Source: Gnetum montanum (Eukaryota; Plantae; Gnetophyta). From it: a stretch of DNA of 61,250 nucleotides. The stretch lies in contig MNCI01002250.1 in NCBI GenBank assembly GCA_015680685.1, positions 841,611-902,860 on the forward strand. The letters run 5' to 3'. Below are positions 51,787 to 61,250 of the stretch, in pieces (position 1 is the first letter of the stretch; every line of letters begins with the position of its first letter). Both the position numbers and the translations under genes were made by a program. A model generated the notes under the pieces. It was not told where the DNA came from. It ran no database searches and worked only from the letters and a program-made list of their open reading frames with translations.

Positions 51787-51945
51787 GATACCATAGAGCT
51801 ATGTTGATGTAGTCACTATGTTGACATGGCCTTGTTGATGTAGTTGCTACATTGATGCGACCTTGTCGATGGGGCAACACCATGTAAACGAGGTTCTATC
51901 AACAAGGCCATGTCGATGGGGGCCCATCAACAAGGCCATGTCATT
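51787..51945 (-). repeat. Remnant of the start of an element B-type LTR
   Basis: Resembles 36783-36895 (ATAGAGCTA, decayed GTCGAT/GTTGAT motif array, GGCCATGT). Confidence 0.6.
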
Positions 51946-53516
51946 AATAGGCTTTTCTTAAGTTCACATTTCTATTAGCTGCATAATAGTTGGCATTGAA
52001 AAAGTTTTCTAAAAGAATAATATAATATTTGGTTGATGGTCCAAAGACACAAAGTCCATGAAAACCTATTTATTTAGCCTTCTTACAAAGTCCAAAGCTA
52101 TGTTCTTGGCAACATACATGGAAGATTCATGGAGAGTAAAACAGATTCTTTTTTAATATTCACCATTAATGGTGATGTAAGAGATGAGATATTTTTGCAG
52201 GTTACAGTAAGCACAATAATTGTGAGGTGACCAATATGCAAATGGTTTTTATTAAATAACAATGGAGGAAATTCAAGGTAAAAGCTTTCTTTCTTTGAAG
52301 ATAGTTTCATTCATTAAAAATTGAGAAAAGTCAAGGTAGCAGGTTTATTTGATTGAAAAGTTCTGGTTCTGGACCTGTGCATATTTAAAATCAAAGTTGT
52401 CACTTAAAGTTGAAGTTACTCTAAGTGAATAATGAAAAAATCTTCCAAAGTGGTCATATGTGTTGAAAAATTTGGTGGCTCTCAAATCTCTCTGTCATGA
52501 AAACCAAAGGTCTACGTATGTGCAACACAAAGTCCCTGATTACCTACCACTGAAATGTACATGGATAAGAATCAGTCAACAACCAACTACCTTCGGATCA
52601 CTACAATAGGGCAAGAGCAATAGTAGCTTTCAAATTTGGTTTCCATTCAGACACAAGCTGACACGAAGCCATTCAAGGCTCAAGCTAGATCGACTTGAAA
52701 ATAGCAGTCTTATAGCAGTCTTAATGCTTAATGATGATACCTTTAAAAATGTTGGCTATTACAGTAACCAAATGTGATAGAAGTCAGTTCGCTAGATTTT
52801 TTAATGTCATCACAGTGTTCTATACACCGCTGTCAAACAACGTGCTTGAGCCAATGCTGGAGATCCGTAGTTTGAGCTCTCTTTCGTGGAGTTTACGATG
52901 CTGAAGTTATAGTAGTTTTGGTAGGCTACTAGGGAAGGTGCACATCTCAACGTATTAGTCATTTTAAATTGGCAATTCAATTTAGCAAGTAGGTATATGT
53001 AGAGTATGGGTTGCATGTAATTTTTAACTAGTTGTGAGGATGATACTAACCTAAGGTTATAGTTGTAGGTAGGTCATATTGATGGAGTTGTCAACTTTTA
53101 AGTTTTTCTTTCATATCTTAGTGTTGTTGGTTACAACTCACCATAATTCTACTGCAAGTCCCAATATAATATAATCACAACTGAACTAGAGTTGGGTTAC
53201 ACTTGTAAAGACAATGTTAAAATTATTTTAAGTGTCAAATGAAAACTTAACTACTAAGGAAAATTATAAAGAGAGCGGGAACAGAAGTGTATATGATTCT
53301 CTGCAGAGATTTTTAATTTAAATTAAATTAAAAAAGATATTTAATTCAGCCTACATATCTTTGAATCTGCAGTCAGTCAAGTTAATCATGCTGAACCAAG
53401 GATGCCCTGGCTTTAGAGCTGGATAAATTCAGGCCACAATTAAGAAACTGAAAGCAAGCAAGAGACCCAGAACTCAAACTTTCAGTTACCAGATCATCTA
53501 ACTTAGTAAATAAGCT

Positions 53517-54920
53517 ATGGCGATGGAGAAGGAAACACTGAGGGTGCAACCATTGGCAGAAAGATTGCTAGCAAAGGGCAACTGTGCCTCTCTAACACTG
53601 CCGGCGCAATATGTGCAGTCAGAGGCCGAGTGGGTGCCGGCGGTGTCCGGCAGTGTGCCGGTGATTGATGTATCCCTTCTCCACGGCACAGCGGAGGAGC
53701 GCAAAGAAACGGTGAACCGGATCGGTGCTGCGTGCCGTGAATGGGGAATCTTCTTCGCCGTGAACCACGGCATCTCCGGCGAGCTGATCCAGGAGCTCCG
53801 GACTGTGGGTGAGGCATTTTTCCAACTTCCGCAGGCCGAGAAGGAGGCCTACACAGCACGTCGGGTGCCAGATAAGCCTATTGCAGAAGGGTATGCCATC
53901 TCCGCACACGGCTATGGCATCGGCTCCAACACCGACAAGACCCCAAAACTAGGCTGGGTTGATTACTACTTCCACCTGCTTGCCCCTCCCTCGCAGGTTA
54001 ACCATGCCGTTTGGCCCACTCACCATCCCCGTTACAGGTAAAATCAGCTACAGTTTTGATACTGATTGTTTTGCATGAAATTAATAGTCTTGAATCTTTG
54101 ATACCAAAGTGGAACTGTTCTTACCTTTCTGTATTCAGATCTCGTTACTCTTTAAAGCTTTTTAAAAAAATCCGTAAACTGTGAAAAAATCAGTTTTTCA
54201 CCAAAAGCTAGATGAGTGGATAAAGGGTATTGAAATTCAATGCATACTTTAGCTTCATGTGTGTGCTTGCAATTCAAAATCCAGGTAGTATGTGTAATGG
54301 AGACCATTGAGCATTATAATCATGAACACATTTGCCTGGTATGCAGGGAGATAACAGAGAAGTACAATGAAGGCCTAACACCAGTAGCAAAGGCACTGAT
54401 GGAGGCCATGGATGAGCACCTGGGTCTTAACCCCGGTAGCCTTGCTAGCCTTGCAAAGGCTTTGGGAGGCATGGATGAGATGGATGTGCTGATAAAACTG
54501 AGCTACTACCCACCTTGCCCACGTCCAGACCTAGTCTTTGGTGTGGCACCACACACCGATTTGTCTGCACTAACTCTGTTACTGAGCAACGGCCTGTGTG
54601 GCCTCAATGTATGCCGCAGTGACGGTGTCTGGGTTGCGGTCGAGGGTGCCGGGGTGCCCGACGGAGCACTGATTGTGCATATCGGTGACCAGCTCAAGAT
54701 TGCTTCAGCCGGTGCTTTCTGTAACGTTCTCCACCGGAGCACCGTGGAGAGTGAGCGTGTCCGAATGTCATGGCCGGTGTTCTATATGCCACCGCTGGAC
54801 ACGGTGGTTGAGCCTGTGCCGGAGCTCCGCGGCCAGAGCTCGCTGTCACCGGAGTTTACCCCGTTGCCTTACCGTGAATTCATGCGTCTCAAGTTCAGCA
54901 ACAAGAACACTGGGGTTTAA
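53517..54920 (+). CDS. FLS: FLS/ANS-like 2OG-Fe(II) dioxygenase, copy 3 (duplicate of copy 1); join(53517..54037,54347..54920), 364 aa
   Basis: Intron AG|GTAAAA...TGCAG|G (54038-54346) aligns with the copy 1 intron. In-frame 9-nt duplication gives SLASLA. Catalytic motifs intact. Confidence 0.92.
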
Positions 54921-56955
54921 CTGATGATGATAACGAGGGTGCTGATGTAGTTGATCAGTGAATCTCTTTGTACATCATATCATAAATGTATGCAGTTATT
55001 ATGATGGTGAAAGAATTTAACAGTTTGTGACTGCTTCATTGAAATTAATGCTAGTGATGTTTCTTGCAATAAAGTTATGTTTTGGTTTTTGTTATCGCTT
55101 TGGATCCTTAGGAGGATTGAAAAATTATTCAGTGCAGTCTAATTGTATGAACCCAGAATATTGGCTACAAAATTTCCCGGGAAGTAATGTTTTTGAATCC
55201 AGAATAATGGCGGTGACATTTCCATGGAAGTAATATTTTTGAATGTGAATGTCACCTGCAGAATATGCGTAGTATAATACGCAAAAGCTCTTTATATTTT
55301 TAATATTAAAATGTTGTTTTAAGCTTTCTAAACCTATTGCTTGATAAGCATTTCAAAACATTAGGGCACCATATGCTTGACTCTTCTCTTTGTCATAAAA
55401 GTATAAAAGTCATTCCATGCACTGGAGAATAAAACTATCATCTTATGATATATCTTTGTATGGATATTAAATTTTTAAATATGATTTTTACGGCAAGAAT
55501 TATTTAACATTTGTTTTGATTTTTTTAACATGAAAATGTTCTCCGGGTAATTTAAAAAAGAAAACTATTCTCTGTACACCTAATAAATATATCTTATAAA
55601 AATACATCTAAACTATTAATCTTCTTGATAGTTATAAAGATTTCCTGAATGCTTATCATATCCAATCCAGTTTACCTTTTTTAAAGGTATTACACTGCAA
55701 CTTGGATATATTCTGCACGATTTTGGGCACCTGTAAGTTCAGAATATTAAACCGTGTAATTATCCTTTTATAGCATTTTGCGTAAACAACTGCACTTCAA
55801 AATTTGCAATAACAATAACAGTTATTTGACTTATTTTAGCAGTTAACAAATTCGTAAGATACTCCCTTGGGATTGGATGGGTGGTCAAATTTTGAAAACT
55901 TTTTTTTGGACCCGAAACATAAAGGATTGTTCACATCTATGTGGGCCGGGCAACGGGCAAATCTGGCAGAAATTTCACAACAGTTCGTGGCAAGGGGAGG
56001 TACGTGTACAGAAGCGCACTAAATTTGGAACAGATACTTTTGTTACAAATATTTTTATTTTGCCAAATATTTTTATTTTGCGATCAAGATATTAAGTAAT
56101 AGAAAAATCTTGCACCTTGCAAACACAAATCCCCTGCACTGTCACATAAAAGGCAAATGCAAAAATACGTTTAGTATAATATTTATAAAAATTCATGGGA
56201 GTTGTCATTTTCTCGGTTAATAAATATATTTTAACTTTTTTTATTCACATCCCGGGTTAAACTGGTAACCTTCTTTTTTAGTGTTACATACCATATTCTT
56301 TGATGCATACGTTCACACCAACAAATTTTAAAAGCAATGGTTACCTGCTATGCATCAAATGAATCCGATTCTTGGAAGTAAGGAATTGAGAATTCACAAT
56401 TCAATTCATGTTTGGGTACGCAAGCATATGCAAAGACTAGGACAGGTTCGCAGGTGGGACGTGAATTACAAAATAATAAAATATTTAAATTAAATATTTT
56501 TTAGTTTTTATGAATTTTACATCAATTAAATATCTTTTTAAAATTAAAATAAACTAAAAGTTTCTGGTGAAGTTTTGAATATTTTCACTGGGTGGGTGGT
56601 GCAACTTTTAATTTTAAAATCATCATTATAGTAACCTTATTCTAACAAAATGGATTGTTTCTTTTTGAAAAAGAATTTGAAATGGAAGAGAAGGTATGAC
56701 ATCTGTACACAAAAATGAGTTATTGTAGAGAAAGTACTTTTATTTCATAGAAAATAAAAATAGATTCAACAAAGTGGCTAAGGACACCTTGAAGTAACAA
56801 AAGTATATCATATAAACTTTTTGCTGCAATATTATATTTATTCCATGATTTATCTTTACAAAAGGAAAATCTTTATAATTTGTGTATTCTTCATATTACC
56901 TTCATTTTCCTAGTATGTCTTTTTTTTTTGGTTAATGTGGCAACCTTTCTTTGAT

Positions 56956-58808
56956 TGATGGATCATTCAACAGGCTGTGTCGACATGCCCTATTGATGTA
57001 TGGTTAGATGCATCAATGCAAATGTGTTGATGCAGTGTCCAGTCTTGCCCATTTAAATGCACATACCCACCACATTAATGGCACGTTAAGACAATAGTGT
57101 AGCTGAACTCTTGTAGTTTCTTTTCATCAAAGTTAGAATATTTTCGAAGTGCTCGCAGTAGGACTTCAAGGATTGTACAAATCCTTATTCAAACATCAAT
57201 GTACTTGAACACTTTAATGTGTTAGCAATAAAGATGAGATTCTTGGAATTCTTTGCAACACTTAAGAATAGTTTAAATGTTTTCATTCATGCACTTTATT
57301 ACTTATGCATTTTATATTCATATCCTTAGCGATGGAAGAGGACAAGGCAATAAACATTGTTTTGGTGCTAATTCACCTTTCTCTTCACCTTCATCATCAT
57401 CCCCATCATCTTCCTCCTCCAACTCTGACAGGAGAAGCTAAAGCTGGGGCCATGGAAAGAGTAACAAAGATCATGGTGGAGATGAACAATGTGATAGGGA
57501 TGATCATAGATCCTACCTAGACAATAGGGACTATGAGCATGAGTAACAATAGGAACATGAACATCACAAAGAATGAAGGCATAACAAGACTCATCATAGG
57601 CATCATGGCCATGACAAGGGTCACAGAGACCATAGCCTTAGCCTCAACCACCATCACCATGAGCATCAGAGCTTGGTGAAGGTCCTTTAGCATCCCAAAA
57701 GCCTCCACCTCCTAGCATTGTTTGATCTTCTCTTTGTCTTCAGTAATCAAAGGATTGTTGTAAGTCATTTTTGTAAAGGGTGTTCAATTTTGTTGTCCAA
57801 GACATCCATTTTTGTCATTTTTATAAATATATACAATTTGGCACTCAAAGTCAGTTAGTTTGGGTTTGTCAGCCAATAATTCCATACCTTCTTGATTTTG
57901 TAAAAAGCTTGATCCTATTTTTGTTTACTTGAGGACGAGTTTTCATTCAGTCATGGGGGTATGATGGATCATCCAACAGGCTATATCAATAGGCATGTGT
58001 TGACACAGCCCCATCTACATAGCCCCATTGACACATGGTTTGTCAATGCAGATGCGTTGACACAATGTCTACTCTTGCCTATATAAATCCACGAACCCAC
58101 CACATTTATGGCACGTTATAATGTAGCTAAACTCTTACAATTTCTTTATGTCAAAATTAGAGTATTTTCTAAGTGCCTACAATAGGACTTGAAGGATTGT
58201 ATGAATCCTTATTTGAATATCAATGTACTTGAACACTTTGATGTGCTAGCAATAAAGACGAGATTCTTGGAATTCCTTGCAACACTTAAGAATAGTTTAA
58301 ATGTTTTTATTCATGCACTTTATTACTTATGCATTTTATATTCATGTCCATAGTTAATTAATACATTTAATAATAACACATAAATACAACCACCTCTAAC
58401 ATATCGTTAACACTTGGTAATCCTAGTAGTATTATCGCTTGGTTCATCTAGCCTAACACTTGGTAACCTAGTAGCATTTGTAATGAGTTCAGGATGTGCA
58501 TAGAAGGTGGGACCAAATGCTTATGTTAAGATAGTTATATTAAAGCATTAGATAGTTAATTAGCTAATTTACAATTAATTACCTTTGTTTTACACTTAGC
58601 TTAAATCAAATAAAATATAAAATATAAATAAAAATCATGTGCCTTGGCTTACACTGTACCATACACTCGAACTTACACAAGTGAAGAAAAGAAGACAATA
58701 ATCACATTCCTAAGTCACTATCTTTGCCCATCTATGCATTTGACCAAATTGTTGGTGCAATGCTTGTGATTCATATGGTTGGACATAGGGTCTACTTGCT
58801 GCTCATTA
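56956..58808 (+). mobile_element. Internally deleted duplicate of element A at the same insertion site
   Basis: Same flanks and same TTGAT/ATGAT TSD; partial 5' LTR 56956-57328; a ~300-bp piece matching ~9830-10130; 3' end matching 21135-21465; 3' LTR 57962-58808. Confidence 0.9.
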
Positions 58809-60373
58809 ATGATCAAACCATCTAGGTATTATTCATAGTGTCTAGTTGGACATCTAGAATTTGTGATAATATTGAACCAACCATCAATGATTTTATTCTT
58901 AGTAATCAACCTACTTTGTTTACTTCTTTTTATTTATATTTAGAAGTGTCTTTGACAACTTGTTCTCTATTCTATTTGGAATTTTCGTTGTGTATCTATT
59001 TTTTACTAATAAGAGCATACCTATGATTTCTCTTCATGAGTTAAATATCATATTCTCAAATATGTTATTTTTCAATCAAAACTTAAAGCACAAAAGCTTC
59101 CAATGAAAACTAAACAATTAATTTATTTATTGCAATATTAACATCTATTTGTTTTGTGGGTTCTTATTTTTATTGCAATTTGTTTCTTATTCTTTATTGT
59201 TTCTTTTATTTTCTTTGGAAGAGTATTCTTCTTTTCTTTACAAGAAATGATAATTATGAAAATGCTTCTAAAGAAGGACAAATCTTGAAGCTTTTCCTAC
59301 TCTAGAAGAGAGGTTTTTAGGATAGGTTGTAAAGATTTATGTACAATAATTTCTTAAAAATTATTCATTGTTTTGGGTCTGACACCACCCTATATGAGTT
59401 TGTTATCTTAATTCTTTTTCATTATTTAGTTCCAACAAAATCTTAGACATTTGTCTTTATTCTAGAAAAATCTTATATCTTCTTTTTTATTATATTTTTG
59501 ATCATCATTATCACATAGCCTTGTCTCAACAACATGGAGTCTACTATTTTCTTAAAATTTTTTATATATTCTTTTTTTCTTACAAATCATAATTTCATAT
59601 TGTTTAATAACTTGACTTCTTTGAATAGTTCAAACACATGACCAAACTGTTTGAATGTATTTTCCAAAGTTGCAATTAACTTCTACATTGCACGTGTTCC
59701 ATTTCTCTAGTATTGAATCAACCATTTTAGACTATTGAAGGGCTTGTGTCTATACTACATCCATGTGTTCGCAAAGCTCCACACTATGTCATTGTAGAGA
59801 TAAGATAAACGTATGTGCAGTTTGCTGACCCCTCCATACAATTGCAATAATATATACCAGCATGGGACCTACTCATTAATTTTTAATACCACTTGCATTG
59901 ACTTACATATTTGATTCAAATTATCAAGCCCAAAAATCCTTGAAGTGAAATTTTTTGTTAGAACCAACACTAAATGACTATATGTACTCCTAGGAAATAT
60001 AACCAACATAAAATGGTTTGTAGAAGTTATGTATAATTTTTATAATTTAGCACTATTAAATTTTTGATTAAATCTTAAAGAGGCATTAGTCTAATGGTAA
60101 GAGTCTTAGTATAGAAAATTGATGTCATAGGTTCATTCCAAAGGGCAATGCTAAGTTATAGACAAAAAAAATTTATAAAAGAAATGTTAACACCAGTATG
60201 GTTCAATAGATCTAAAAGGATCTTTGTGGAAATAAGTAAAAATTTCATTTTAAGTTTTAATAATATTGTACATTACAAGAAACTTAAAAATATTAAAAGG
60301 ATATTAATTCGTCCAAAAATTTTACCACTTTAATACATGAGTTTGAGCACTCTTAAATTTGGACTATTAAAAG

Positions 60374-60533
60374 AAGGATCATTACCCAAAGTCACAGTAC
60401 TTATCCCACTAAGTGGGGTCCTAGGAGGGTTAGTAGATGAGCAAAAGCTTCATATCTTCAAGTGGCTGCATCCAAAATTGAACCTAGATCTTCAAATTAA
60501 GAAATGAGTGCCTTTACCATTACTCCAAATGAA
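60374..60533 (-). mobile_element. tRNA-derived SINE with RTE-LINE-like 3' region
   Basis: Minus strand shows A-box-like TGGAGTAATGG, B-box-like GGTTCAATT and GACCCCACTTAGTGGGATAAG, a stem-loop like the 3' ends of plant RTE LINEs. Flanked by the 9-bp direct repeat TATTAAAAG (60365-60373, 60534-60542). Confidence 0.7.
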
Positions 60534-61250
60534 TATTAAAAGGTGTAATTATTATTTTTTCTTTTACTTAGTATCTTTTAAACAACTTCCACTTAATTTT
60601 GGTAGATAAGCCAACTATGAGTCATAGATCCGTAACACTAAATAATATCCCTCCTTATAGGCTTGTTTTCATATTATTTTATGAAAAATTGGATCTAAGG
60701 TTTGTCAACAACTTACATGTTATGTTCTCATTATTTTATAAATGATAGTTTTTTCCATAGTTGAATTCTTAGAAGGCTTGTCACTCTCAACTCCAATCCA
60801 CCACAAACTCATTGTGTCACTCAACAAAAGAAATTAGCTTCACATTTTGCTCCCCTAGTTAACAACCCATTTAATTTTATGAACTACGTCCTATTTCAAA
60901 GCATCTACCAAATTTGAATTTATTCTTTGACCCTACGCCCTCAGGAAACGCCTTATAAATAAACGAGTATTAAGGGAAGAAACCCAAGTTGGGGAACAAC
61001 CAAATGTCGACACATACTGGCTTGTTACAAAATAGAATGACATAGAATTAGATGAGGCAAAGAGCTCTCAATTAAGGATAGAAAGTTCCAATGGTGACTC
61101 CACATAATGAAAAGGGAAAGCTTCCTTGCAGAGATTACTGATGCTACGTGTAATTGGAACACACAGGTCTTTCCCATAGGTGCAAGAGATGAACCAATTG
61201 ATGATTGTCTAGATTGAACTTGGATGCTTGAGATGTGAGTTGAAAATGGG

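Larger units (their letters stand above)
52630..60362 (+). repeat. Segmental duplicate of ~1215-23805 with large internal deletions
   Basis: Collinear similarity across promoter, gene, intron, 3' flank, LTRs and downstream AT-rich DNA. Confidence 0.93.

Noticed and set aside
54240-54346. Upstream ATG giving a 226-aa ORF for gene 3 exon 2
   Set aside because: This is intron sequence; the same frame is closed in gene 1 and the conserved TGCAG acceptor is present.

Overview
Eukaryotic land-plant genomic DNA from a gapped draft assembly; the species cannot be identified from the sequence. The window holds three intact, same-strand, two-exon genes for flavonol-synthase/anthocyanidin-synthase-like 2-oxoglutarate/Fe(II) dioxygenases (2535-3951, 25297-27051, 53517-54920). 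Between them lie old, heavily mutated Athila-type Ty3/gypsy LTR retrotransposons: one full-length on + (7301-22343), a nested truncated cluster on - (35577-51945) and a deleted duplicate of the first (56956-58808). There are also younger CpG-rich solo LTRs with perfect target-site duplications (TSDs), degenerate LINE remnants and a tRNA-derived SINE with an RTE-type tail. Genes 1 and 3 come from a segmental duplication that post-dates the Athila insertion. The most notable points are: (i) all three enzymes keep the Fe/2OG ligands but share unusual active-site substitutions and a 7-residue loop duplication, and gene 2 diverges most in that loop; (ii) the retroelements carry a conserved ~900-codon extra 3' ORF behind a conserved splice-acceptor-like site, and subfamily-specific palindromic CG motif arrays; (iii) some deletion junctions show templated filler DNA. 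Several apparent duplications and inversions next to N gaps are probably assembly artefacts. I found no clear evidence of a wholly new biological system; the leads below are hypotheses.
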